Assembly: GCA_044866775.1 (NCBI GenBank)
Contig: JBIOUG010000097.1
Span: forward strand, 1,852 to 65,851
DNA: 64,000 nt
Source of the DNA: Thermoanaerobaculia bacterium
GTDB taxonomy: Bacteria; Acidobacteriota; Thermoanaerobaculia; Multivoradales; UBA5704
Direction: 5' to 3'
Under the pieces are notes generated by a model, which had not been told where the DNA came from, did not search any database, and saw only the letters and a list, made by a program, of their open reading frames with translations. Made by a program: the position numbers and the translations under genes. This document shows, piece by piece, positions 19,488-30,032 of the stretch (positions within the stretch are counted from its first letter, which is position 1; each line of letters opens with the position of its first letter).

Positions 19488-20518
19488 GGTTGCTCGCGTA
19501 CTCCCCGGCGTTTCTGCCGCAGGTCGGCGGCGTCGAGATCAATCAGGCGACGCTCGCCGCGGAGTTCGCGCGCGCCGGGCATGAGGTCGTCGTGTTGACG
19601 CAGACGCCGAGCCGCGAACCGGACGACCATCCGTTCCGCGTCGTTCGCCGCCCCTCCTCGCGCGAGCTGCTGCGCTGGATCCGCTGGTGCGACGTCTTCA
19701 TCCAGGCCAACGTCAGTCTGCGCGGCCTCTGGCCGCTGCTGCTGGTGCGCCGCCCGTGGGTGGTCTCGCACCACAGTTGGTATTGCCGCACCGATGGCCG
19801 CATCGCCTGGCAGGACCGCCTGAAGCGATACCTGCTGCGCCACGCGGCGGCGTCGATCGCGGTGAGCGAGGCGATGGCCGCCGACCTCGCGACGCCGAGC
19901 ACGGTCATTCCCAACGGCTACCGGGACGGGTTGTTCCGGCTCGTCCCGGGCGTCGAGCGCAGCGGCGAGCTCCTCTTCGTGGGTCGGCTGGTGTCGGACA
20001 AGGGGGTCGACGTGCTGCTCGCGGCCCTCGCCCTGCTCGCCGCCGACGGGCTGACGCCGCGTCTCACGATCGTCGGCGACGGGCCGGAGGCGCCGCTGCT
20101 GCGCGCAGAGGCGCGCCGGCTGGGGCTCGCGGACCGCGTCGAGCTTGCCGGCGTCCGCACCGGCGAGGAGCTGGTGCTGACCCTCAATCAGCACCGGGTC
20201 CTGGTGGTGCCGTCGCGCTACCAGGAGCCGTTCGGGATCGTGGCCCTGGAAGGGATCGCCTGCGGCTGCCTCGTCGTGGGCTCCGAGGGCGGCGGCCTCA
20301 AGGAGGCGATCGGCCCCTGCGGGCGCACGTTCCGCAACGGCGACGCCGCCGACCTGGCGCGCGTTCTCGCCGAGGTGCTGCGCGGGCCCGGCGCGCTGGC
20401 CGCGGCGCAACGTCTGGCGCCCCAACACCTCGCCGGCCACCGCAGCGCCGCGGTGGCGGCGGCCTACCTGCGGGTGATCGCGACCGCAGCCGGCGGCCAC
20501 GCCGGAGGAGCCGCGTGA
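19484..20518 (+). CDS. GT4 family glycosyltransferase
   Basis: PQVGGVE, FVGRLVSDKG and PSRYQEPFGIVALEGIACG motifs; GTGA overlap with upstream stop. Confidence 0.9.
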   Translation: MRLLAYSPAFLPQVGGVEINQATLAAEFARAGHEVVVLTQTPSREPDDHPFRVVRRPSSRELLRWIRWCDVFIQANVSLRGLWPLLLVRRPWVVSHHSWYCRTDGRIAWQDRLKRYLLRHAAASIAVSEAMAADLATPSTVIPNGYRDGLFRLVPGVERSGELLFVGRLVSDKGVDVLLAALALLAADGLTPRLTIVGDGPEAPLLRAEARRLGLADRVELAGVRTGEELVLTLNQHRVLVVPSRYQEPFGIVALEGIACGCLVVGSEGGGLKEAIGPCGRTFRNGDAADLARVLAEVLRGPGALAAAQRLAPQHLAGHRSAAVAAAYLRVIATAAGGHAGGAA

Positions 20519-21972
20519 ACACCCGCTTGCTGCTGATGCTGGCCGGCGCCGCGGCCGCCGTCTGGGCGTTCAACCACTGGCGGCGGGCGGTCAAGATCGC
20601 CATGGTGCTGCTGATCGTCGAAGGCGGCTTGCGCAAGTGGGTGTTCCCCGAAGCCCAGGATCTCTTGTACTTCGCGAAGGACGTCCTCCTGGTCGCGGCG
20701 TACCTCGGCTTCCTGCGACAGTGGCCGCGAGTCCGCTACCGGCTGCCGCACTTGCCGCTGTTCTACGCCGTTCTCGGGCTGGCGATGCTGCTCGGCGTGC
20801 TGCAGATCTTCAACCCCCGGCTGCCGAACCCGCTGGTGGGAGTGTTCGGTTTCAAGGCCTATTTCCTCTACGTGCCGTTGATGTTCGTGCTGCCGGCGGT
20901 GTTCGAGAGCGACGCCGACGTCTTCCGCTTCCTGCGCCGCTACGCGCTGCTCGCCATACCGCTCGGCGTGCTGGCGCTGCTGCAGTTCACCAGCCCGGCA
21001 TCGAGCGCGCTCAACACCTATGCGCGGAGCTCGGGCGAGGTCGGCTACATCGCGACGTTCGGCAGCTCGACGCACGTGCGGGTCACCGGGACGTTCGCCT
21101 TCATCACCGGCTACACGGCGTACCTGCTGACCACGGCGATCCTCATCCTGACCCTGCTCGGCGCCAGCGGCTGGCGCCTGCGCGGCAGTCTCTTCCTGTA
21201 CGCCGGTCTGGGCATGACTCTCCTCGGAATGCTGATGAGCGGCTCCCGCGGACCGGTGCTCCTGCTGGCCCTGCTGCTGCCGGTCTACTGGTGGTTCGCG
21301 GTGGTGCGCGAGCGGGGCAGCGGCGCGACGTTCGGACGGCTCCTGCTCGCCGTCGGGCTGCTCGCGGGCTTCATGGTGTTCGTCGGCGAGGACGCTCTCT
21401 CCGCATTCATCGGCCGGGCGGCGGGCCACAGCGACGTGCCCTCCCGCCTCACCTCGCCGCTGCTGTCCCCTTACCTGCTGTTGCCCGCGACCGGCGTCCT
21501 CGGGTACGGCATCGGCGCGACGCACCAGACCGCGGCCGCGGTGGCGCCCAGCCTGGTGCCGTACAGTTGGCTGCACGGGCTCGTCGTCGAGGTGGAGAGC
21601 GGGCGGGTGATGATCGAGCTGGGCCCGCTGGGCTTCCTGTTCGTGTACTTCCTCCGCCTCTTCCTGCTCGGCTACGCGTTCGTGCAGGTGCGGCGGCTGC
21701 GCACCCGCTTCCATCGCGCCCTCGCCCTCACCAGCCTGCTGATCTTCCTGGCGCAGCTTCCGGGCGGCTCGGTGTTCGACGTCACCGCCGGGGTCTACTA
21801 CTGGTTCGCCGCCGGGCTCCTGCTGCTGGCCGGCAGGCTCGATGAGGTCGCCGTGCGCGCCGCGCTCGCTGCCGCGGCGCAGCCCGTGGGAAGGCCCCCG
21901 GCGCGGCCGTACGAGGCGCCGGCGCCCGTCCCGGCGCGGCCGGCGGCGGCCTGGCTGCCGAGGACACGTTGA
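20515..21972 (+). CDS. O-antigen/EPS polymerase (Wzy-like)
   Basis: About 11 TM segments; RVTGTF, MSGSRG, GYGIG and ELGPLG O-antigen ligase/Wzy-like motifs. Confidence 0.72.
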   Translation: MNTRLLLMLAGAAAAVWAFNHWRRAVKIAMVLLIVEGGLRKWVFPEAQDLLYFAKDVLLVAAYLGFLRQWPRVRYRLPHLPLFYAVLGLAMLLGVLQIFNPRLPNPLVGVFGFKAYFLYVPLMFVLPAVFESDADVFRFLRRYALLAIPLGVLALLQFTSPASSALNTYARSSGEVGYIATFGSSTHVRVTGTFAFITGYTAYLLTTAILILTLLGASGWRLRGSLFLYAGLGMTLLGMLMSGSRGPVLLLALLLPVYWWFAVVRERGSGATFGRLLLAVGLLAGFMVFVGEDALSAFIGRAAGHSDVPSRLTSPLLSPYLLLPATGVLGYGIGATHQTAAAVAPSLVPYSWLHGLVVEVESGRVMIELGPLGFLFVYFLRLFLLGYAFVQVRRLRTRFHRALALTSLLIFLAQLPGGSVFDVTAGVYYWFAAGLLLLAGRLDEVAVRAALAAAAQPVGRPPARPYEAPAPVPARPAAAWLPRTR

Positions 21973-23195
21973 AGGTGCTGGTCACGCATCCCGGCAGGCA
22001 GCACTCGCACCAGGCGGCGCTCGGCCTCGCAGCGGCCGGTCTGCTCGCCGGCTACTGGGCCGGCGTCCCCTGCGTCGCAGAGCAGGGGCGCTGGGTGCCG
22101 CGCGCGCTCTGGCGGCGGCTCGTCCACTACGCTCCGCTGCCGCTGCCGGCGGCGCGCGTCCGCTGGGCCCCCTGGGTGCCGGCGCTGCGCCGGCTGGCGG
22201 AGCGGCTCCTGCCGGCGGGCGCCGCGCGCTGGGTGGACCTGTGGGCCTGCCGCCTCTTCGACCGCTGGGTGGCGCACCACCTGCCGCGCGCCGGGGCCGA
22301 CGCCGTGGTCGCCTGCGAGATCTCGGCGCTCGCCACCTTTCGCGCCGCGCGGCGGCTCGGGATGACGACCATCCTCGACGCGCCGTCGATCCACCGCACG
22401 GCGCAGGACCGGCTGCACGGCACCGCCGACTCGCCGCGCCTGCACGCCCGGATCGCCGCCATCAAAGACGGCGAGGTGGCGCTCGCGGACCATGTGCTGA
22501 CGGTCTCGGAGCTGGCCCGCCGGACGTATCTCGAGGCGGCTGTGCCGGCGGAGAAGGTCCACGCCGTGACGCTGGGCGCCGATACCGACCTCTTCGCGCC
22601 GGCCACCGCCGCGCCGGCGCCGCGCTCCGAATTCGTCTTCCTCTTCGCCGGCGCGACGCTCCACCGCAAGGGGTTCGATCTCCTGCTCGCGGCCTTCGCC
22701 CAGGTGGCGGCCGACGACGCGGGCGCGCGGCTGCGCATCGTCGGGCCGCTCGGCGACTCCGCCCCGCTCCTCGCTCGCTACCCGGACGAGCGGATCGCGG
22801 TCGCCGGCGCCGTCGACCAGCGGCAGCTCGCGGCCGAGCTGCGGGGCGCCGACGTCCTCGTGCTCCCGTCGCGCCAGGACTCCTTCGCCATGGTCGTCGT
22901 CGAGGCGCTGGCCTCGGGCGTGCCGGTCCTCGTCTCCGACATGGTGGGAGCGAGGGCGCTGGTCGACGACGGGCGGAACGGCTGGGTGGTGCCGGCGGGG
23001 GACGGCGGGGCGCTCGGCGAGAGGATGGCCTGGTGCCTGCGCCATCGCGCAGCGGTACGGGCCATGCGCGAGGAGTGCCGGCGCTCGGCCGAGGCGGCCA
23101 CCTGGCCGGCCTACCACCGGCGCCTGGTCGAGCTGCTGGCGCGGCTTCTTGCCTCGCCGGGGAGCGGAGCGGCGGCTGCGGGGAGGGCCCGGTGA
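21969..23195 (+). CDS. GT4 family glycosyltransferase
   Basis: HPGRQHS, RKGFDLL and LPSRQDSFAMVVVEALASG motifs. Confidence 0.88.
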   Translation: MKVLVTHPGRQHSHQAALGLAAAGLLAGYWAGVPCVAEQGRWVPRALWRRLVHYAPLPLPAARVRWAPWVPALRRLAERLLPAGAARWVDLWACRLFDRWVAHHLPRAGADAVVACEISALATFRAARRLGMTTILDAPSIHRTAQDRLHGTADSPRLHARIAAIKDGEVALADHVLTVSELARRTYLEAAVPAEKVHAVTLGADTDLFAPATAAPAPRSEFVFLFAGATLHRKGFDLLLAAFAQVAADDAGARLRIVGPLGDSAPLLARYPDERIAVAGAVDQRQLAAELRGADVLVLPSRQDSFAMVVVEALASGVPVLVSDMVGARALVDDGRNGWVVPAGDGGALGERMAWCLRHRAAVRAMREECRRSAEAATWPAYHRRLVELLARLLASPGSGAAAAGRAR

Positions 23196-24358
23196 GGGTG
23201 CTCCACGTCGTCCCGACCTACGCGCCGGCGTGGCGGCACGGCGGGCCGATCCGCGCCGTCCACGGCCTCTGCCGGGCGCTCGCCGCACGCGGTCACGCGG
23301 TGACGGTCTTCACGACCGACGTCGACACCGGCGGCGCGGTGCCGGCGGGGCGGCCGGTGCCGCTCGACGGCGTCGAGGTGTGGTACTTCCCGGTGGCGGC
23401 GCCGCGGCGGCTCTACCGGGCGCCGGCCATGGCGGCGGCGCTCGCGGCACGGCTGCGCGATGTCGACCTCGTGCACCTCCACTCGGTGTTCCTCTGGCCG
23501 ACGGCGGCGGCGGCACGCGCCGCCGTGCGGGCGGGCGTGCCCTACCTGCTGGCCCCGCGCGGCATGTTGGTGCGCGACCTGCTGCGCCGGCGCGGCCGGC
23601 TGCGCAAGGCGCTCTGGATCGGGCTCGTCGAGCGGCGCACGCTGGCGCGCGCCGCGGGCCTCCACGCCACCAGCGCGCTCGAGGCCGAGCAGGCGGCGGC
23701 GCTCGGGCTGCGGCTGCCGCCGGTCTTCGTGGTGCCGAACGGGGTGGAGCCCGAGCCCTGGGACGGCGAGGAGGCAGCCCTCGCGCCGGCGGTCCGCGAG
23801 GTGCTGCGGCAGCCGTTCCTGCTCTTCCTCGGCCGCCTCTCCTGGAAAAAGGGGCTGGACCGGCTGGTCGGGGCGCTGGCGCAGGTTCCCGGCGCCGTCC
23901 TGGCGCTCGCCGGCCCCGACGACGAGCACTATCGCCCGCAACTCGAGCGGCAGGCGCGGGAGCTGGGCGTGGACGATCGCGTGCGCTTCCTCGGGCCGGT
24001 GGACGGCAAGGACAAGGCCGCGCTCCTCCACCGCACCGCCGCCCTCGTCCTTCCCTCTTACTCCGAGAACTTCGGCAATGCCGCGCTGGAGGCGATGGCC
24101 GCCGGGCGGCCGGTGGTGGTGACGCCGGAGGTGGGGCTCGCCGCGCCGGTGCGGGAAAGCGGCGCCGGGATCGTCGTCGAGGGCGAGCCGCGCCGGCTGG
24201 GTGAAGCGCTGCGCGGCCTCATCGCCGACCCCGGCCGGGCCGACGAGATGGGCCGGCGGGGGGCCCGGGTGGCACGGGAGCGGTTCGGCTGGGCGGCGAT
24301 CGCTCGCGAGATGGAGGCGGTCTACGCCACGGCCGTCGGTGCGGCCAGCGCGTCCTGA
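23192..24358 (+). CDS. GT4 family glycosyltransferase
   Basis: HGGP, PNGV, LGRLSWKKG and LPSYSENFGNAALEAMAAG motifs. Confidence 0.9.
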   Translation: MRVLHVVPTYAPAWRHGGPIRAVHGLCRALAARGHAVTVFTTDVDTGGAVPAGRPVPLDGVEVWYFPVAAPRRLYRAPAMAAALAARLRDVDLVHLHSVFLWPTAAAARAAVRAGVPYLLAPRGMLVRDLLRRRGRLRKALWIGLVERRTLARAAGLHATSALEAEQAAALGLRLPPVFVVPNGVEPEPWDGEEAALAPAVREVLRQPFLLFLGRLSWKKGLDRLVGALAQVPGAVLALAGPDDEHYRPQLERQARELGVDDRVRFLGPVDGKDKAALLHRTAALVLPSYSENFGNAALEAMAAGRPVVVTPEVGLAAPVRESGAGIVVEGEPRRLGEALRGLIADPGRADEMGRRGARVARERFGWAAIAREMEAVYATAVGAASAS

Positions 24359-24364
24359 GCGACG

Positions 24365-25273
24365 ATGGCGATTCCTCCTCTCTGCTCGGCGCCGGAGTGC
24401 AGCCTCGCCAACACCGCCGTCTGGCTGCGCGGGACCGCCCCCTACCGGCGCAACGGCGAGCCTCGGGTCCTCGACTACGAGCTCCGCCGCTGCTCGCGCT
24501 GCGACATGGCCTTCGTCCATCCCACGCCGTCCGCCGAGGTCATGGCCTGCTTCTACTCGCCGGAGTACACCTACTACGCGCCCGTGCCCGAGGAGACGGC
24601 GGAGCGCGAGGCGAGGTCATGGAAGTACAGCGTGGCGCGCCTGCGCTACGCGTTCCTGCTGGCGCCGGGCGCGCTGAGCCTCGCCCAGTCCCTCGCCGGG
24701 AAGGTGGCGGAGCTGCTCAGCGGCAGGATCGTCAGCTTCACGCTGGGCGTGCCTCTCCGCCTGCCTGAGGAAACCCCGATCCTCGACTTCGGCTGCGGCA
24801 GCGGCACCTGGCTGCGCTCGCTCGCGCGGCGCGGCTACCGCAACCTCTTGGGGTACGATCTCGACGCCAACCAGGGCTGCAGAGAAGAGCTGGAGCTCCA
24901 GGGCGTACGCGTCCTCTCGCCGGCGACGCTCCTCGAGGTGCCGCCGGGCTCGCTCGGGTGCGTCCGCCTGGAGCACGTCTTCGAGCACCTGACCGATCCG
25001 CCGGGGACGTTGCGCCTGCTCTTCGGGCTCCTGCGGCCGCGCGGCCTCCTGGTCATGACGTTTCCGAGCGTCTACCCGTGGACGGCGATCGAGGATCTGG
25101 CGTCCTCTCCCGCTCTCCCGCACGTGCAGTTGCCGATCCATCTCGCGCACCACTCGATCGCCTCCGCGACGCGCCTGGTGCGAGACGCCGGCTTCGAGGT
25201 CGTGGGGACGCGCATCACGCGGCGCGAGAAGCTGATCACCATGCTCGCGCGCCGGCCCGGAGACCGCCGTTGA
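24365..25273 (+). CDS. Class I SAM-dependent methyltransferase with N-terminal Cys cluster
   Basis: CSAPEC...CSRC; ILDFGCGSG; EHVFEHL. Confidence 0.85.
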   Translation: MAIPPLCSAPECSLANTAVWLRGTAPYRRNGEPRVLDYELRRCSRCDMAFVHPTPSAEVMACFYSPEYTYYAPVPEETAEREARSWKYSVARLRYAFLLAPGALSLAQSLAGKVAELLSGRIVSFTLGVPLRLPEETPILDFGCGSGTWLRSLARRGYRNLLGYDLDANQGCREELELQGVRVLSPATLLEVPPGSLGCVRLEHVFEHLTDPPGTLRLLFGLLRPRGLLVMTFPSVYPWTAIEDLASSPALPHVQLPIHLAHHSIASATRLVRDAGFEVVGTRITRREKLITMLARRPGDRR

Positions 25274-26460
25274 AGCTCGCCTTCGTCGTCGAGCGCCCGA
25301 CGCAGTTCGAGGTCCCGTTCTTTCGCCACGTGGCGGCGGACCCCGAGCACCGGCTGCGCGTCCTCTACACCGCTCCCGACCCGGCCGCACCCCCGTTCGA
25401 TCCCGAGCTGGGCCGCACGGTCGCGTGGGGCTTCGAGCTGCTCGATGGCTACGAGCACGCGGTCTGTCCGGCGGCCGGCGCGCGGCGCTGGCTGGCGGCG
25501 GAGATGCGCCGCGAGAGCTACGACCTGGTGATCGTCAACGGCTACACGCAGGCGCGCTACCTGCTGGCGACGGCGGCGGCGCGGCGGGCGGGAGCGTCGA
25601 CCGCGTTGCGCCTCGACTCGGCGCTCTTCGCCGGCAGCGCGCCGCCGGCGGCGAAGAAGCTCCTCTTCTCGACGCTGCTCGAACGGCTCTACGACGTCTT
25701 TTTCGGGGTCGGGACCCTGACCCTGGAGTACCTCCGGGCCCTCGGCGTTCCCGGCTCGCGCACCGCGCTCTTCCCGTATGCGGTCGACGTGGAGGCCTTT
25801 CGGCGCGAATCGCGGCTCTCGCCAGACCAGCGTGCCGCGGTGCGGGCGCGGACCGGGGTGGCGGCCCGGGCTCGCGTCGTCCTCTGCGTCGCCAAGCTCC
25901 ACGTGCGCGAAGCGCCATGGGACCTCCTGCGCGCCCAGGCGCAGCGGGGCAGCGATGACTGGCTGGTGATCGCCGGCGACGGCCCCCTGCGCTCCGACCT
26001 GGAGCGGTTCGCACGCGAGCACGGCCTCTCCCGCGTCGTCTTTCTCGGCTACGTCCCGTACCCCGAGCTGCCGGCCCTCTACGCTGCGGCGGACGTCTTC
26101 GTCCATCCGGCGCGCGAGGAGCGTTGGGGGGTCTCGGTCGCCGAGGCGCTGGCCTGCGGCCTGCCGGTCGTGGCCTCCTCGCGGGTCGGGGCGGCGCGCG
26201 ACCTGGTCGCCGCCGGACGGAACGGCTGCACCTACCCCGCCGGGGACCACGCCGGCCTGGCGCGCTGCCTGGACGAGACGGCGGCGCTCGCGCCGGCCGC
26301 GGTGCGCGCGCACAATGCCGCCGTGCTCGCTGCCTGGGATTACGCCGCCACCTGGCGCGGCCTGCTGGCCGCGGCCCGGAGCGCAGCGGCTCGCCGGAGG
26401 GGCCCGTCGGCGGAGGCAAGCTCCGCCCCGCCACGGAGCTCGACGCGGAGGGGCCGGTGA
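25270..26460 (+). CDS. GT4 family glycosyltransferase
   Basis: PYAVD, GDGPLR and HPAREERWGVSVAEALACG motifs. Confidence 0.88.
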   Translation: MKLAFVVERPTQFEVPFFRHVAADPEHRLRVLYTAPDPAAPPFDPELGRTVAWGFELLDGYEHAVCPAAGARRWLAAEMRRESYDLVIVNGYTQARYLLATAAARRAGASTALRLDSALFAGSAPPAAKKLLFSTLLERLYDVFFGVGTLTLEYLRALGVPGSRTALFPYAVDVEAFRRESRLSPDQRAAVRARTGVAARARVVLCVAKLHVREAPWDLLRAQAQRGSDDWLVIAGDGPLRSDLERFAREHGLSRVVFLGYVPYPELPALYAAADVFVHPAREERWGVSVAEALACGLPVVASSRVGAARDLVAAGRNGCTYPAGDHAGLARCLDETAALAPAAVRAHNAAVLAAWDYAATWRGLLAAARSAAARRRGPSAEASSAPPRSSTRRGR

Positions 26461-27380
26461 CCGCGGTCGTATCCTCCGTCGTCCGGACGCGCCGCGCTGC
26501 GGGCACCGCCGGGCCGGTGCCGCTGACGGTGATCGTCACCACCCGCAACGAGGAGCTCAACATCGAGCGCTCTCTCGCCAGCGTCCACGGCTTCGCCGAC
26601 CAGGTCTTCGTCCTCGACTCCGAGAGCGGCGACCGCACGGTCGAGATCGCGCGCCGCTACGCCGACGAGGTGCGGCAGCTCGCCTACGAGCACGGGCGCA
26701 TCATTCCCTGGATCTTCCAGTGGGGGCTCGACAACCTGCCGATCCGCAACGACTGGGTGCTGATCCTGGAGGCCGATCAGGCGCTGACCCCGGCGCTGCG
26801 GGCGGAGATCGCGGCGCTCTTGGCGCGCGGCGAGGTGCGCGAGGACGGCTTCTACATCCGCCGCCGCCAGATCTTCCGCGGCCGGCCGCTCCGCTTCGGC
26901 GGCTACGGGAGCAAGCTGCTGCTCAAGCTCTTCCGCCGCGGCCGCGGCGAGCTCGACCCCGCGGAGCAGGACACGCGCGTCTACGTCCGCGGTGCCGTGG
27001 GACGGCTGCGCGCCCCGCTCGAGGAGTGGAACCGCAAGGAGGACTCGATCCTCTTCTACCTCGAGAAGCACCTGCGCTACGCCGAGGCCTTCGCTCGCGA
27101 GGAGCTGGCGCGCCGGCGCGGCCTCGCCTGGAAGCGCCGGCCGCGCCTCTTCGGCACCCCCGACGAGCGGGTGCTCTGGCTGAAGACCGTCTACTACCGG
27201 CTGCCGCTCTTCGTGCGGCCGGCGCTCTACTTCGTCTACCGCTACGTCCTGCTGCTCGGTTTCCTCGACGGCAGGAACGGCTTTCTCTTCCACTTCCTCC
27301 AGGCCTTCTGGTTCCGCCTCGTGGTCGACGTGCGCCTGCAGGAGCTGCTGCGCCGGCCGCCGGGACCGGAGCTCGATTGA
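26457..27380 (+). CDS. GT2 family glycosyltransferase
   Basis: TRNEELNI, DSESGDRT, WVLILEAD; C-terminal LGFLDGRNG..FHFLQAFWFR. Confidence 0.9.
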   Translation: MTAVVSSVVRTRRAAGTAGPVPLTVIVTTRNEELNIERSLASVHGFADQVFVLDSESGDRTVEIARRYADEVRQLAYEHGRIIPWIFQWGLDNLPIRNDWVLILEADQALTPALRAEIAALLARGEVREDGFYIRRRQIFRGRPLRFGGYGSKLLLKLFRRGRGELDPAEQDTRVYVRGAVGRLRAPLEEWNRKEDSILFYLEKHLRYAEAFAREELARRRGLAWKRRPRLFGTPDERVLWLKTVYYRLPLFVRPALYFVYRYVLLLGFLDGRNGFLFHFLQAFWFRLVVDVRLQELLRRPPGPELD

Positions 27381-28255
27381 CGGCACGGCCGACAGTACGC
27401 GAGCGGGCGGCGCAGGCATGGTCCTGGGCCTGGCGCTTCCGTACCCTGCCGTTCTCGGAGCGCCTGTTCGGCGGCTTGACGGCCCCCCGCGTGCTGCGCC
27501 GCCGGCTGTTCGGCCGCTCGTTCTATGCCGACGTCTCGCGCTCGAGCGTGCAGCGGCTGCTGTTCCTCCAGGGGGAGGTCTTCATCGCCGAGCGGCGGCT
27601 CCTGCGCCGGCTGCTCGCGCCGGCCCACCGGGTCGTGGACGTCGGCGCCAACATCGGGTACTACGTGCTGCTCTTCGAGAGCGCCGTCGGCGCGCGGGGC
27701 CGTCTCTTCTGCTTCGAGCCCGAGCCGGACAACTTGACCGAGCTGCGGCGGAACGTCGAGCGCAACGGCCTGGCCAACGTCGAGATCTTCCCCATGGCCC
27801 TCGGGTGCGCCGCCGCCGTCGTGTCCCTCGACCGCGGCATCAACGGCCAGGTCCGCGAGGACGGCAGCGGCGAGGTCGAGGTGCCGCTGCGCCGCCTCGA
27901 CGACGTGGTGACCTCGCCGGTCGACTTCGTCAAGGTGGACGTCGACGGCTACGAGGGCCACGTCCTCGCCGGGGCCGAGCGCTGCCTGCGGCAACACCGC
28001 CCGACGCTCTTCCTCGAGCTGCACCCGGCCCTCATTCGTCCGCCCTTCACGATCCGCGGCATCCTCGCGCGCCTGGCGGCGCTCTACCCCACGATCGAGC
28101 TCTACGAGCCGGCCCATGAGCGCACCGTCACCGACCGGTTGCGCGCCCGGTACCTCGGCCGCGGGGTGCGCCGGATCGCGGACCAGGAGGAGCTGCTCAG
28201 GGTGTCCGAGCAGCCGGGAGGGAGGGACCCTTTCTGGGCGGTCTGCCTCCGCTGA
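27377..28255 (+). CDS. FkbM family methyltransferase
   Basis: VDVGANIG, FEPEP and KVDVDGYE motifs. Confidence 0.88.
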   Translation: MTARPTVRERAAQAWSWAWRFRTLPFSERLFGGLTAPRVLRRRLFGRSFYADVSRSSVQRLLFLQGEVFIAERRLLRRLLAPAHRVVDVGANIGYYVLLFESAVGARGRLFCFEPEPDNLTELRRNVERNGLANVEIFPMALGCAAAVVSLDRGINGQVREDGSGEVEVPLRRLDDVVTSPVDFVKVDVDGYEGHVLAGAERCLRQHRPTLFLELHPALIRPPFTIRGILARLAALYPTIELYEPAHERTVTDRLRARYLGRGVRRIADQEELLRVSEQPGGRDPFWAVCLR

Positions 28256-28259
28256 CGCG

Positions 28260-30032
28260 ATGAAGCTCCTCGGCCTTTCCGCCTACCACGCCGACGCCTC
28301 GGCGGCGGCGCTCGCCGGCGGCCGCTTCGTGGCCGGCGTCGAGGAGGAGCGCTTCCGCCGCGTCAAGCACTGGGCGGGCTTCCCCGAGCAGGCGCTGCGC
28401 TGGTGCCTCGGCGAGATCGGCGGCGACATCCGCGAGGTGGCGGCGATCGCGGTGTCGCGCCAGCCGCGGGCCTATCTCTGGCGCAAGGCGGCGCTCGCGC
28501 TCGCGCACCCGCGCAGCCTGCGGCGCGCCGCCGGCCGCGCCCGCAACCTGGCGCAGATCCAGGCGCTCGAGGGGCGGCTCGCGGCCGCCTTCGGGCGTGC
28601 GCCGCGGGTCGTCCCGGTCGAGCACCACCTGGCGCACGTCGCCTCGGCCTTCTTCTGCTCGCCGTTCGAGGAGGCGATGTGCCTCTCGGTCGACGGCTTC
28701 GGCGACTTCGTCTCCACCATGCTGGCGGTCGGACGCGGCGCGACGGTCGAGGTGCTCGACCGGGTCTGCTTCCCGCACTCGCTCGGGCTCTACTACACCG
28801 CCCTCACCCAGCACCTGGGTTTCCTCGGTTTCGGCGACGAGTACAAGGTGATGGGGCTCGCCGCCTACGGCGAGCCGTCCTTCGCCGAACGCCTGCGCCG
28901 GCTCGTGCCGGCGCGCCCGGACGGCACCTTCCGCCTCGACCTGCGCTACTTCCGCCACCTCTCCGAGGGCGTCGACATGACCTGGGAGGACGGGGCGCCG
29001 GCGCTCGGCCGCGTCTACACCCGGGCGCTCGAGGAGCTGCTGGGACCGGCGCGGCGGCCCGACGAGGAGCTGACGCAGCGGCACCGGGACCTCGCCGCCT
29101 CGCTGCAGCAGGTCTACGAGGAGCGCTTCTTCGCCCTGGTGCGGGCGCTCGCGCGGCGCACCGGCCTGCGGCGGCTGGCGCTCGCCGGCGGCTGCGCCTT
29201 GAATTCGCTCGCCAACGGCAAGCTCTACGCGGCGACCGGCGTCGAGAGCGTCTACATCCAGGCCGCGGCCGGCGACGCCGGCACCTCGCTCGGCGCCGCG
29301 CTCTGGGCGCAGCACGCGGTGCTCGGAGCGCCGCGCGACGGCTTCGTGATGGAGCACTCCGCCTGGGGACCGGCCTACGGCGAGGCCGAAGCGCGGCGGG
29401 CGATCGCGGCGGGGATCCCGGAGTCGGGCGGGCGCGACGGCGTCTGGGGCGAGATCCGCGTCGCGGCCGTCGCGCCCGAGGAGCGGCTGATGCGCGAGAC
29501 CGCGGCGGCGCTCGCCGGCGGCGAGGTCGTCGGCTGGTACCAGGGGCGGTCGGAGTGGGGGCCGCGGGCCCTCGGCAACCGCTCGATCCTCGCCGATCCG
29601 CGGCGGGCCGACATGAAGGAGCTCCTGAACCGCAAGATCAAGCGCCGCGAGTCCTTCCGCCCGTTCGCGCCGTCGGTGCTCGAGGAGCGGACCGGCGACT
29701 GGTTCACCCTCGACCACCCCGACCCGTTCATGCTCAAGGTCTACCCCATCCGCCCCGAGAAGCGGCCGCTGGTGCCGGCCGTGACCCACGTCGACGGCAC
29801 CGGCCGCCTGCAGACCGTGGCGCGGAGCGCCAATCCGCGCTATTGGGCGCTGATCCGCGCCTTCGCGGAGCAGACCGGCGTGCCCATGGTGCTCAACACC
29901 TCGTTCAACGAGAACGAGCCGATCGTCAACACCCCGGCCGAGGCGCTCGACTGCTTCCTGCGCACCCGCATGGACCGGCTGGTGCTGGGGGACGTGGTGC
30001 TCGTGCGGACCGATCCGTGCTCCGCGACCTGA
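28260..30032 (+). CDS. Carbamoyltransferase (NodU/CmcH family)
   Basis: EEERF.R.KH, HHLAH, DGFGD, EYKVMGLAAYG, GPRALGNRS, FRPFAP and NTSFN motifs. Confidence 0.95.
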   Translation: MKLLGLSAYHADASAAALAGGRFVAGVEEERFRRVKHWAGFPEQALRWCLGEIGGDIREVAAIAVSRQPRAYLWRKAALALAHPRSLRRAAGRARNLAQIQALEGRLAAAFGRAPRVVPVEHHLAHVASAFFCSPFEEAMCLSVDGFGDFVSTMLAVGRGATVEVLDRVCFPHSLGLYYTALTQHLGFLGFGDEYKVMGLAAYGEPSFAERLRRLVPARPDGTFRLDLRYFRHLSEGVDMTWEDGAPALGRVYTRALEELLGPARRPDEELTQRHRDLAASLQQVYEERFFALVRALARRTGLRRLALAGGCALNSLANGKLYAATGVESVYIQAAAGDAGTSLGAALWAQHAVLGAPRDGFVMEHSAWGPAYGEAEARRAIAAGIPESGGRDGVWGEIRVAAVAPEERLMRETAAALAGGEVVGWYQGRSEWGPRALGNRSILADPRRADMKELLNRKIKRRESFRPFAPSVLEERTGDWFTLDHPDPFMLKVYPIRPEKRPLVPAVTHVDGTGRLQTVARSANPRYWALIRAFAEQTGVPMVLNTSFNENEPIVNTPAEALDCFLRTRMDRLVLGDVVLVRTDPCSAT